Positions 1 through 7,733 of a DNA stretch of 64,000 bases are shown piece after piece. The DNA lies in the NCBI GenBank assembly GCA_025457865.1, contig JALOTP010000005.1:5596-69595 (forward strand), read 5' to 3'. Position 1 is the first letter of the stretch; each line of letters opens with the position of its first letter. The position numbers and the translations under genes are program-made. The DNA comes from Thermoplasmatota archaeon (GTDB taxonomy: Archaea > Thermoplasmatota > Penumbrarchaeia > Penumbrarchaeales > Penumbrarchaeaceae). Under the pieces are notes generated by a model. The model saw only the letters and a list, made by a program, of their open reading frames with translations. It had not been told where the DNA came from and made no database searches.

Positions 1-492
1 GCCATCTCTGTCCCAATCGGTCGTAGGGGAGGAATAATAGACATCTGAAAGATAGCTTTCGTCCATTTCCCATTCCGATGCCCCGGCATGCAGATAGCGA
101 ACCGGGACCACGTCACTGTCCCCTCCTAAGAGGACATAGCGAAGGTTATCATTGGAGCTTGACCGGAGAGCACCTATGAAGTTGAACAATCTCTCAGCAT
201 CATCTCGACCAGGCCCCTTGAGGATGCCGCTCTCTCCATCAAGTAAGAACATCTCCGAACTGAGACCGGTCCTCAACCTCCACTCTATCAACGGACCGAA
301 CCCGTCTTTCAATGCTGATGTCGTTATTATGGCATATTCCAGTTCCGAACCTGCGCTGGTTTGTAGCTCGCTACGGCCCACCATATACTCGTTCATTGCC
401 GTTGGGACCGAAATGATGGACCAAGGCACCGAAATGAGGGCGAATAGTAATGCGAAGGGGACCATGAGCGGGTAATGGATATTGTTCGGCAT
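1..492 (-). CDS. Peptidase C25 (gingipain)-like secreted protein, N-terminal 164 codons; the gene runs off the window start
   Basis: Absent from the ORF track because it has no in-window stop. Reverse-strand reading from ATG (492..490) gives MPNNIHYPLMVPFALLFALISVPWSIISVP, a signal or anchor helix. It continues ...AIITTSALKDGFGPLIEW...LRYVLLGGDSDVVPVRYLH, matching the layout and YxLLxGDxxxxP-type motif of C25-family peptidases. The opposite-strand ORF 152..475 is judged spurious. Confidence 0.55.
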   Translation of the reverse strand, partial: MPNNIHYPLMVPFALLFALISVPWSIISVPTAMNEYMVGRSELQTSAGSELEYAIITTSALKDGFGPLIEWRLRTGLSSEMFLLDGESGILKGPGRDDAERLFNFIGALRSSSNDNLRYVLLGGDSDVVPVRYLHAGASEWEMDESYLSDVYYSSPTTDWDRDG

Positions 493-629
493 GACGGTCC
501 TTCCCGGTCGTTGAAGATCGATGACTTAACGGATTAGTCCCTATTTATGTCTTTTATGGACGTGGACCGTAATAATTCGGCCATCATTGAACATTCGAAT
601 GTTTTTTTTTGCATACACTGGTAGAAAAG

Positions 630-637
630 ATATATAA
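630..637 (+). promoter_or_regulatory. TATA-box-like element (ATATATAA) with a purine-rich BRE-like stretch upstream, about 95 nt before tRNA-Arg
   Basis: The sequence GAAAAGATATATAACC fits an archaeal BRE/TATA pattern. Its distance to the tRNA implies a leader of about 70 nt, so the assignment is tentative. Confidence 0.3.
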
Positions 638-729
638 CCCCCCTCTTGTTTACCCGCATTCCACGGGATGAACAGGGCTTGTTCGGGTCCGTCCTGATGG
701 GTCCTGTAGGGCCCGTAAACGGACATGAC

Positions 730-804
730 GGGCCTGTGGCTTAGCCTGGATATAGCGCCGGCCTTCTAAGCCGGATGTCGGGGGTTCGAATCCCCCCAGG
801 TCCG
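730..804 (+). tRNA. tRNA-Arg (anticodon TCT)
   Basis: Cloverleaf drawn by eye. Acceptor GGGCCTG/CAGGTCC has one G-T pair. Anticodon stem CCGGC/GCCGG encloses loop CTTCTAA. The T arm is GGGGG-TTCGAAT-CCCCC and the discriminator is G. CCA is not encoded. Confidence 0.9.
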
Positions 805-876
805 CCTTGGTCCCGAAAAAACATACGAGGCTACCGGATGAAGCGCAGCTCAAGAGCATGGAAGAAAAAGGGAAAC

Positions 877-942
877 ATGCGGTGGAAATGGAGAAAGAAG
901 AGGATGCGCCGCAGGAAGAAGGCAGCAATGAAGCAGAAGTGA
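877..942 (+). CDS. rpl41e: 50S ribosomal protein L41e (eL41), 21 aa; an in-frame ATG at 838 would give 34 aa
   Basis: This gene is below the 60-aa ORF-track cutoff. ATG 877 to TGA 940..942 encodes [21 protein letters not shown]. That closely parallels eL41 (human [25 protein letters not shown]). It sits between two same-strand tRNA genes. Confidence 0.75.
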   Translation: [21 protein letters not shown]

Positions 943-1008
943 GCTTTAGCTCAATGGCTTTGACGCAATTCTTACCGGATCGGCCTTGGAGGATTTCCAT
1001 AACCCCAA

Positions 1009-1204
1009 GGGAGCATGGTGTAACCAGGTAGCACAACGGGCTCCAGTTACGAAGATGATTGGAAACGGGTCTGCTGATGCCTGAGGACGCTCGGGCTGTG
1101 ATGATTGACTGGAGCGATGATCCGTGAACAGAGGGCCCCGTGCCCTACCTGACGCTCAACGTAGGCGATACCCGTTTGTCTGGGTTCAAATCCCAGTGCT
1201 CCCA
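1009..1204 (+). tRNA. tRNA-Trp (anticodon CCA) with a roughly 123-nt intron after position 37 (exons 1009..1046 and 1170..1204)
   Basis: Acceptor GGGAGCA (1009..1015) pairs perfectly with TGCTCCC (1197..1203), and the discriminator is A1204. The D arm is GTGT-AACCAGGTA-GCAC. Anticodon stem ACGGG (1036..1040) pairs with CCCGT (1171..1175), and the loop CTCCAG is interrupted after G37. The T arm is CTGGG-TTCAAAT-CCCAG. Joined exons total 73 nt. Exact splice junctions are approximate. Confidence 0.85.
1047..1169 (+). ncRNA. tRNA-Trp intron carrying a box C/D guide RNA (C, D-prime, C-prime and a variant D box)
   Basis: Boxes are C AAGATGA 1052..1058, D-prime CTGA 1074..1077, C-prime GTGATGA 1098..1104 and D-like ATGA 1117..1120. 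The spacer 1105..1116 is exactly 12 nt and complements 1040..1049, placing C34 at N+5. Spacer bases 1063..1070 complement 1170..1177, placing position 39 at N+5. Confidence 0.75.
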
Positions 1205-1213
1205 TCTATTGAC
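1186..1213 (+). repeat. Direct repeat copy 1 (28 bp): tRNA-Trp T loop through 3-prime end plus 9 nt of trailer
   Basis: TCAAATCCCAGTGCTCCCATCTATTGAC is identical to 1372..1399. Confidence 0.9.
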
Positions 1214-1275
1214 CCTGTTCAGTCTATAAGCTGAAATGGATGCCCCATAAACGTCTGGGATTTGAACCCTCGGGT

Positions 1276-1322
1276 CTTTGGCATTTCAGATGATGTGAGA
1301 TCAACGAAAGGAAATGCCAAAG
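1276..1322. other. Perfect 12-bp stem hairpin with a 23-nt loop, lying between the two repeat copies
   Basis: CTTTGGCATTTC (1276..1287) pairs with GAAATGCCAAAG (1311..1322). The loop AGATGATGTGAGATCAACGAAAG contains GATGA-type sequence. Confidence 0.6.
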
Positions 1323-1371
1323 TGCGCACAAACCGTTATCACTTATGTTTGGTTCTGAGGTTTGGGCTGCA

Positions 1372-1399
1372 TCAAATCCCAGTGCTCCCATCTATTGAC
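1372..1399 (+). repeat. Direct repeat copy 2 (28 bp): an orphan tRNA-Trp 3-prime fragment
   Basis: This copy is identical to 1186..1213. The preceding bases GGCTGCA cannot form the 5-prime half of a T stem, so it is a fragment and not a second tRNA. Confidence 0.9.
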
Positions 1400-1481
1400 T
1401 GAGTTCTTTCTATGATATGGAATGGATGATCGAACTACAATAAGAATCATAACCCACCATATTCACCTTCATCATGCTCAT

Positions 1482-1727
1482 TCATTTCATCTGGACGGCA
1501 GGAAGGGTCTTGGTATCTAGGACTCCGGGGAGCGAGCGGACCTTCTTGATGACGAACGTCCCGAGCTCCTCGAAGTTCCTAGCTTCCACTCGTAGGATGA
1601 GGTCATACTCTCCGAATAGCGGGTATATCTCCTGTGTTTCCTTCAATCCCTTGAGTTTCATGTAAGTAATCTTCTCCATATTCGACCTGGTGTTGACGAG
1701 GATGTAACCTATCACCAAGGGTATCAC
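1482..1727 (-). CDS. Stand-alone Lrp/AsnC-type RAM (ligand-binding) domain protein
   Basis: The 81-aa product contains GYILVNTRSN...LFGEYDLILRVEARNFEELGTFVIKKVRSLPGVLDTKT, which matches the C-terminal Lrp/AsnC effector domain. No HTH is present. Confidence 0.7.
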   Translation of the reverse strand: MIPLVIGYILVNTRSNMEKITYMKLKGLKETQEIYPLFGEYDLILRVEARNFEELGTFVIKKVRSLPGVLDTKTLPAVQMK

Positions 1728-1859
1728 CTTTCAAGACGAATTCCGCCCCGCTCCACCCGGTCCATGAAAGGTATGGGGCAGGCCCAACTTATACTCTTGC
1801 AGGGAGCTTTGGAGGTATCGATCACCATCTTTTCATGACCGCCGGGCCGGGGACGGCCT

Positions 1860-3362
1860 ATGAAAGTTTTATCTAATCCGATGCACCTCTTGCCTAAAGG
1901 AAGGATATCTTCGATGAACGAGTGCATTGGCTGGGTCCCAGAGCATAATGAGCTCCTCCAACTCTATGAGAGCCTCGAGGACGGTGTGATATTCGTTAAA
2001 GAGGATGGGACCATAAAAGGAATGAACTCAAAGGCTTGTCAGGTCCTGGGAACGGGGAACGACCTTCCAGACAAGCACCTGCTCGACATCCTTCCCGGTT
2101 CGGGGTTGGACCTGTCCAAGATACCACATGTCGAGGGAGATGAGGGGGAGATCCCCTTTGAAAGAAGGGTTTTCGAGCTGCGATTGGACCATTCCTCGCT
2201 TGGCTACATCGAAGCGTCCTGCCGGAGACTTCCGGGTGACTCTTCGGGTTTCCTGACCATTGTCAGGGACGTGACAAAGCAATGGAAGGACGAATCCGCG
2301 ATCAAGGAGAGCGAGGAGAAGTACAGGGCCGCTGTCGAGCAGAGCGCAGAGAACATTTACCTGATGGACGTCAGGACCAACCGTATCATTGAGACCAATT
2401 CAGCACTGCAAGAGCTTCTCGGTTATTCGGCAGAGGAGATGAGGGGGATGGAGGTCTCTCATTTCGTTGCCCATCCATCGAACAATATATCTCATCAGAT
2501 CCAGACGGTCATCGAGCAGGGCAGGGCGATCATAGGTGAGCGCATCTACAAGAAGAAGGATGGTGGTCTGGTCGATGTCGAGGTCAGTGCGAGCCATCTC
2601 AAGTACGGAGAAAGATCGGTCCTCTGCATCGTCTCAAGGGATATTACGGAGAGGAACCGGGCCAGGAGACAGCTGATAGAGGAGAGGAACCGCGCTGAGC
2701 TCTACCTGGACCTGCTCGCTCACGACATAGGTAACCTCCATCATGGCATGCTCTCCGGGCTGGACATGTACTCAATGGTCAGGGGAGATGGTTACAAGGA
2801 GGGGAGGGCGATTGACATGGTCGTCGGGCTCCTGAAAAGGTCCGTCGCCCTGGTCGATAACATCCTGAAACTGACCAGACTAACGACTGTGCCTATAATA
2901 CCAGAATCCATCCCTCTGATGGAGCTGTTAGGCAGGATATCCTCATCCGTAGCCGATTCCTTCCCTGATAAGACCCCTACGATCCGATTTGAAGGCAGCG
3001 GAGAAGGTGTGAAAATAATCGCTGAACCCATAATCGAGGAGGCTTTTTACAACATCATCCACAATGCCATCAAGTTCCAGAAAGGTCCCGAGGCCATGGT
3101 CGAGATAACGGTCCAAAGAGGCACCCTAGGTGCTATCATCATAGAAATATCCGACCAGGGGCCGGGCATACCTCCGGATGTAAGAGGTGAAATATTCAAC
3201 AGGTTCAACAGCCGCCCAAATCAGAAGCAAACAGGGCTAGGCATGTCCATAACAAAGGCCCTGGTCGAGAGGTCACATGGCAGGGTTTTTATCGCTGACA
3301 GGGTCCAGGGGGACTTCAGGAAGGGGACCCGGGTGGTCATAGAGCTTCCAGTAGAACCATGA
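1860..3362 (+). CDS. PAS-domain sensor histidine kinase
   Basis: The 500-aa product has PAS-like segments (DGVIFVKEDGTIKGMN, ENIYLMDVRTNRIIETN...SRDITERNRA). A phospho-acceptor region LLAHDIGN follows. The C-terminal HATPase motifs are NIIHNAIKF, DQGPGIP and GLGMSI. Confidence 0.85.
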   Translation: MKVLSNPMHLLPKGRISSMNECIGWVPEHNELLQLYESLEDGVIFVKEDGTIKGMNSKACQVLGTGNDLPDKHLLDILPGSGLDLSKIPHVEGDEGEIPFERRVFELRLDHSSLGYIEASCRRLPGDSSGFLTIVRDVTKQWKDESAIKESEEKYRAAVEQSAENIYLMDVRTNRIIETNSALQELLGYSAEEMRGMEVSHFVAHPSNNISHQIQTVIEQGRAIIGERIYKKKDGGLVDVEVSASHLKYGERSVLCIVSRDITERNRARRQLIEERNRAELYLDLLAHDIGNLHHGMLSGLDMYSMVRGDGYKEGRAIDMVVGLLKRSVALVDNILKLTRLTTVPIIPESIPLMELLGRISSSVADSFPDKTPTIRFEGSGEGVKIIAEPIIEEAFYNIIHNAIKFQKGPEAMVEITVQRGTLGAIIIEISDQGPGIPPDVRGEIFNRFNSRPNQKQTGLGMSITKALVERSHGRVFIADRVQGDFRKGTRVVIELPVEP

Positions 3363-3440
3363 CCGGATGGATTTCGAATAGGGGCTTATGACAGGTTGTT
3401 TGGATAAGTTTTATAAGGTTACAACCGGGATTCGTGTAAG

Positions 3441-4556
3441 ATGGACATGACCACGAAACGGGACCAGAAACCAAGGTCCGCTCCAGTTGCCCCGACTCGA
3501 AGCAGAGGGTTTCAAAGGACGGAAAATGCGGGACCAAAGAGGACGGAACCTGCCAAGATTTGCATTATCGTGGGCATAGTGACAATAATGCTATTTGGCG
3601 TCCTTGCCCTCATACTGGTCTTCGGTGCACATGGTATAGGAAGCATTGCGGTAGGGGGGGTCCAAGCGAGGGAGTCCGGGATATGGTTCGAGATAAGGAC
3701 CACCGGAAAGGGCCTTCGGTCCTTCACAGGAGATGTGGACATAGAGATTAGGATAGAGGATAAGGCGTCCATTGAAGGTTGGAGGACCATTCTCACCACT
3801 ACAACCAGGGTCAATGACGATTATGGGGTTAAAGAGGTCCCTTACGTCCAGTTCCTTCAGGGGAACAGTGAGTATATGATATCGGTCGAGGCCGGTGGCG
3901 AATCTTCCCAGGCCCCACTCCTCATAACGAATCTCGTTACATCTCTCGATGTCGAATGGTCCACTTTCATGCCGGACACCACAAGACCGGAATACTACGT
4001 CATGGTGGATATCACTTATATGGCCGGGTCGCAGCCTCCAAGGAACACAAGATACCCTTCCTCCTTCTCGTTCGAGGGGGAGATCATCGGACCCGGGGGG
4101 CCAGCAACCATAGTTCCATCGGCCGGCGGTGTATATACCATCCAGAAAGCGGTCGAGCACAGCAAAAGCGGCAATTACAGACTGGTCGCAACGCTTACGA
4201 ACCTTGACTGTATGGATGGTTCTTCCGGAAGGACCGTCGGACCGATGACCAACGACCTCTTTGATTTCGACGCCCCACCCTTCGCCCATGCCGGGGAGGA
4301 CCAGACGGTCAAGTTGGTGGATGGCATAGCAATAGTTGACCTCGATGCGGGCTTGTCATGGGACGATGGAGCGATAGTGGATTACAGCTGGGACTTCGAT
4401 GATGGTACGATCGATACGCTTAGCAAGACGCTCGTCAGACATACCTATTCCCAACCGGGGAACTATACCGTATCCCTTTCCGTCAAAGACGATAGGGGGC
4501 AGTCCTCCGTTCAGGATGCGATGGTGTCCACGGTCGTTATCACAGTGATGGAATGA
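3441..4556 (+). CDS. Membrane-anchored extracellular protein with a C-terminal PKD domain
   Basis: A basic N-terminus is followed by the TM helix ICIIVGIVTIMLFGVLALILVF. The C-terminal WDFDDGT...HTYSQPGNYTVSLSVKDDRGQSS is a PKD-type signature. Confidence 0.75.
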   Translation: MDMTTKRDQKPRSAPVAPTRSRGFQRTENAGPKRTEPAKICIIVGIVTIMLFGVLALILVFGAHGIGSIAVGGVQARESGIWFEIRTTGKGLRSFTGDVDIEIRIEDKASIEGWRTILTTTTRVNDDYGVKEVPYVQFLQGNSEYMISVEAGGESSQAPLLITNLVTSLDVEWSTFMPDTTRPEYYVMVDITYMAGSQPPRNTRYPSSFSFEGEIIGPGGPATIVPSAGGVYTIQKAVEHSKSGNYRLVATLTNLDCMDGSSGRTVGPMTNDLFDFDAPPFAHAGEDQTVKLVDGIAIVDLDAGLSWDDGAIVDYSWDFDDGTIDTLSKTLVRHTYSQPGNYTVSLSVKDDRGQSSVQDAMVSTVVITVME

Positions 4557-4581
4557 TCGGGTCATTACCCTCAAGGAACAC

Positions 4582-5862
4582 CTATCCACGGTCCCTTTGA
4601 TCGCCATCCACCCGCTCTGCAAGGATGTAGCAGCCTTTCCTGAACAGATGGACCCAGATCTGCCCTGTCAAACCTTTCTCGAGCGCTGCCCTTTCGCGCC
4701 AGTAACTGCTCGGGTCCATCCTGTACCTTGGAGTGACCTTGCCCGCCCTATGCTCCTTCAATGCTGTTGCGACACTGTCATGGTCCGGAGAGAATCCCAG
4801 TATCCGATAGCTTCCAATGAAGAACGGTGATGAGAGCGGTCCGTCCGACAGGATTACGGACCTCCTGCCATCCAGTTCCAGGTACTTGGCACCCGTTCCC
4901 ATGGCCTCCATCAATGTCCCGACCAATCCTGCCCTTACCACGGCATGGTCCAGCTCGAACATGTACCTTTCAGGGAATGGGACGACTACCTCCCCGAGAG
5001 TTGATAGGGGGAGGGGCCCAGAGATGCTTTCGCCACTTGGAAGGACCACCGCACTTCGGGCCTTCAGTGCGAGCGACCCCGTATATATGTTCAATCGATT
5101 GAGCCTCCCGTTCAATGAGACATACTCCGCCTCATGCGGGAACGTGATCTTCTCACCATCGATATAGGGTGGCAGTTCGAAACAGAAACCTTTTACACAC
5201 TGCCCATAGGCCTCCATAACTTTCCTAGGGTCCGGTCCGAGCTCTTCCAGGGTCCTTTCACGACTACCGGGGGGTCTTGCTGGATCGGAGAACACATGAC
5301 AACCTTCCTCGGCCATCCCGACCGCTTCGGGTGAAAGACAGTCCTGTAGATGAACCTCAAGGTTCCCGATCCCCAACGCTCTCGCATTGGTCCGGGATAT
5401 CAGACAGTTAAGAGGGTCAATATCGAATGCCAGGACCCTTTCGCATTCCATCGCAAGGAACAATGCTTGCCCGCCTTGGCCGCAGCTTACATCGATGCAT
5501 AGATCCCCCCTAAGGCGATATGCGCAATGCTTGGCTGCGGGTTCAGGTGTGGCCCACCTCAAACCTTCATGGGTGAAGAAGAGGTCGTCCCCTCTCGAGA
5601 ACTTCTCAGTTGCTAAAATACGGGTCACGGCCATATCGCGGATGACGGATAGGGCTCCAGGGCTAAGTGATGAGGGCTGGCAAAGAGGGGCTGGGTTCAC
5701 TTTCCCGTTCTTCCGGTCCAAGGAATGCTGCATTTTATCCACAATGGCTGCCAATTCCTCAAAGCTCAATCGCTCCAGCTCTTGAACGACAGTTCGGTTG
5801 CACAAAGGGTCATTTTCGATCTCGAGCCCTTCTTCCAGGTCGCTCTTTCCGTGTTCGTTCAC
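4582..5862 (-). CDS. Class I SAM-dependent methyltransferase with a large C-terminal extension (possibly RNA-directed)
   Basis: The 426-aa product carries a SAM-binding motif I-like region, DVSCGQGGQALFLAMECERVLAFDIDP. The substrate is unknown. Confidence 0.6.
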   Translation of the reverse strand: MNEHGKSDLEEGLEIENDPLCNRTVVQELERLSFEELAAIVDKMQHSLDRKNGKVNPAPLCQPSSLSPGALSVIRDMAVTRILATEKFSRGDDLFFTHEGLRWATPEPAAKHCAYRLRGDLCIDVSCGQGGQALFLAMECERVLAFDIDPLNCLISRTNARALGIGNLEVHLQDCLSPEAVGMAEEGCHVFSDPARPPGSRERTLEELGPDPRKVMEAYGQCVKGFCFELPPYIDGEKITFPHEAEYVSLNGRLNRLNIYTGSLALKARSAVVLPSGESISGPLPLSTLGEVVVPFPERYMFELDHAVVRAGLVGTLMEAMGTGAKYLELDGRRSVILSDGPLSSPFFIGSYRILGFSPDHDSVATALKEHRAGKVTPRYRMDPSSYWRERAALEKGLTGQIWVHLFRKGCYILAERVDGDQRDRG

Positions 5863-5883
5863 ACCCCTTCAGGGATGATAAAC

Positions 5884-5891
5884 TTTTTAAA
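5884..5891 (+). promoter_or_regulatory. TATA-box-like element (TTTTTAAA) upstream of the L18e-L13-S9 operon
   Basis: It lies about 65 nt before ATG 5956. A GGAGG Shine-Dalgarno-like motif occurs at about 5943..5947. Confidence 0.4.
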
Positions 5892-5955
5892 TGATGTGGG
5901 CCTAATGCCCCCCTCCCCTCATTAAAGAGAGGGAAACGATGTCGGAGGAGTCAGT

Positions 5956-6318
5956 ATGTCTGTAAAAGGAAAAACGGACCCGGGTCTGGTATCCCTCATA
6001 GAGGACCTAAAGAGATGGTCCTGGGAGAACCAGGCACCGATCTGGCGAGACATCGCTAGGCGCCTGGAGAAACCATCCAGGGTATGGGCGGAGGTCAATA
6101 TTTCCCGCATCTCCATTCATGTGGGGAAGGGGGAGACGCTCATAGTCCCGGGAAAGCTCCTAGGTGCCGGCGAGATCGATCGCCCGGTCACAGTTGCCAG
6201 CGTGAAGACCACCAGGGGCGCAAGGGATAAGATAGTCAAAGCGGGCGGTACCGTTCTGACCATCCCCCAGCTCGTGAAGGCCAACCCAAAGGGTACAGGC
6301 GTGAGGATAATGGGGTGA
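5956..6318 (+). CDS. rpl18e: 50S ribosomal protein L18e
   Basis: The 120-aa product contains KTDPGLVSLIEDLKR...PIWRDIARRLEKPSR...VPGKLLGAGEIDRPVTVA, which is typical of L18e. Confidence 0.9.
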   Translation: MSVKGKTDPGLVSLIEDLKRWSWENQAPIWRDIARRLEKPSRVWAEVNISRISIHVGKGETLIVPGKLLGAGEIDRPVTVASVKTTRGARDKIVKAGGTVLTIPQLVKANPKGTGVRIMG

Positions 6319-6319
6319 T

Positions 6320-6754
6320 ATGATGGTCGAGGTAATAGACGCCAAGGGTCTGGTCCTTGGCAGGCTCTCCACATATGTCGCGAAGAGGCTGCTCAGGGAG
6401 ATGGACCTCCAGTTAGCCATAATAAATGCAGATAAGGCCATAGTGTCCGGGAACCGGAAGATGGTCATTGAGAGCTATATCGACAGGAGACGGCTCAACC
6501 ATCAGAGGAAGGGGCCTTACTTCCCGCGGCAGCCCGACCGGATCCTTAAGAGGACCGTAAGGGGAATGCTCCCTATCAAGCTCCCCAAGGGACGCCAAGC
6601 CTTCAAGAGGCTCAAGGTCTATATCGGGATCCCAACGGAGCTTGCGAAGGAAAAGACCACGAAGGTTAAGGTCGCAATGAAGGACAACCTCGAGCATTTC
6701 GTCGAACTGGGCGAGATCTCCAAAGCCCTTGGGGCAAAGTTCCAGGAGGGATGA
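6320..6754 (+). CDS. rpl13: 50S ribosomal protein L13 (uL13)
   Basis: The 144-aa product contains VIDAKGLVLGRLSTYVAKRLL...INADKAIVSGNR...RTVRGMLP. It sits in the conserved L18e-L13-S9 order. Confidence 0.9.
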   Translation: MMVEVIDAKGLVLGRLSTYVAKRLLREMDLQLAIINADKAIVSGNRKMVIESYIDRRRLNHQRKGPYFPRQPDRILKRTVRGMLPIKLPKGRQAFKRLKVYIGIPTELAKEKTTKVKVAMKDNLEHFVELGEISKALGAKFQEG

Positions 6755-7158
6755 TTTTGTCTAAGACCGTCAATACAAGCGGTAAGAGGAAGACCGCCAT
6801 CGCAAAGGCCACCATCTCCTCCGGCAAGGGAAGGATCAGGGTCAACCGCAAACCCATAGAACTGGTACAGCCGGAGATAGCCAGATTGAAGATGATGGAA
6901 CCGTTGGTCCTGGCAAGGGATAGGTCGGACAAGGTGGATATCAAGATCGACGTGGAGGGTGGCGGGTACATGGGGCAGGCCGATGCGGTTAGGACCGCCA
7001 TAGCAAGGGGGATGGTCCTGTTCTTCAATGATGATGACCTCAAACAGATGTACATCCATTACGACAGGTCGCTCCTCGTTAACGACCCCAGACGGCATTT
7101 CCCGAAGACCCCTCTCGGAAGAGGGGCGAGGAAGAGAAGGCAGAAGTCCTATCGTTGA
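6751..7158 (+). CDS. rps9: 30S ribosomal protein S9 (uS9)
   Basis: The 135-aa product overlaps the L13 stop by 4 nt. It contains GKRKTAIAKATI..GKGRIRVN...GGGYMGQADAVRTAIARG and ends in RKRRQKSYR. Confidence 0.9.
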   Translation: MILSKTVNTSGKRKTAIAKATISSGKGRIRVNRKPIELVQPEIARLKMMEPLVLARDRSDKVDIKIDVEGGGYMGQADAVRTAIARGMVLFFNDDDLKQMYIHYDRSLLVNDPRRHFPKTPLGRGARKRRQKSYR

Positions 7159-7271
7159 AAATGCCCCTGTTCCATACTGCTCACGACCTATGCAAGGTGG
7201 GTCCCGCAAAGGCTATTTACCGTTTGTACTTACCTATGGTGCCATATAAGAGCGAATGACCGTTTGACCAT

Positions 7272-7637
7272 TTGGATGGTGCTGCGATGAAGGTATCAAA
7301 TGCTGATGAGGCCGCTTCCAGTGAGGTCAGGATGGACGGCGTGACCGGGACATCCATCCAATGGCTCGCATCCAAGACCGATGGTGCTCCCAATTTCGCC
7401 ATGAGGCGTTTCACCATGGCACCAGGGGGTACTATACCCCTCCATGACCACCCCTGGGAGCATGAGATATACATCTTGCAGGGGAAAGGAACGGCCCTTT
7501 ACGGGGACAGGAAGGTCGATATCGCTTCGGGAGATGTGATATTCATCCCCGGAAATGAACCCCACGGTTACATCAACGATGGAAAGGAGGACCTGGTTTT
7601 CCTCTGTATGATACCCAATTCCGGAGATCCGAGATGA
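7272..7637 (+). CDS. Cupin-domain protein
   Basis: GGTIPLHDHPWEHEIYILQGKG...GDVIFIPGNEPHGYINDG matches the two cupin motifs. The start is ambiguous, either TTG 7272 or ATG 7287. Confidence 0.75.
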   Translation: MDGAAMKVSNADEAASSEVRMDGVTGTSIQWLASKTDGAPNFAMRRFTMAPGGTIPLHDHPWEHEIYILQGKGTALYGDRKVDIASGDVIFIPGNEPHGYINDGKEDLVFLCMIPNSGDPR

Positions 7638-7733
7638 TCCTTGGATTGACAGGGGGCCAACACTAAAGACCAATCACAAGGGTTTTATGCAGCGAACCGG
7701 TTGTGCGTTGGAAATTCTCAGGTGGAGCCAAAA

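Noticed and set aside
152-475. 107-aa plus-strand ORF at the window start
   Set aside because: The opposite strand carries an open frame with a signal peptide and C25-peptidase-like motifs that runs off the window. That frame is the better explanation.
661-729. Box C/D-like words (GGGATGA, CTGA, TGATGG, ATGA) in the leader upstream of tRNA-Arg
   Set aside because: The box spacing does not fit the 12-nt spacer architecture, at 22 nt between the C-like and D-prime-like boxes. I found no convincing guide complementarity.
650-1036. ORFs 650..1036 (minus) and 807..1031 (plus) spanning the tRNA region
   Set aside because: Both overlap the tRNA-Arg and/or tRNA-Trp genes. The purine-rich segment is better explained by the 21-aa eL41 gene in another frame.
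3591-4289. 232-aa minus-strand ORF inside the PKD-protein gene, and similar antisense ORFs within gyrA, gyrB, L13/S9 and the giant surface-protein genes
   Set aside because: All are antisense to genes with clear motifs or domain structure. Their products lack features, and none has independent support.
7159-7271. Expected rpoN (RNA polymerase subunit N) gene after S9
   Set aside because: Only a 33-codon ORF is present here (MPLFHTAHDLCKVGPAKAIYRLYLPMVPYKSE). It lacks the PVRCFTCGK zinc motif, so no call is made.
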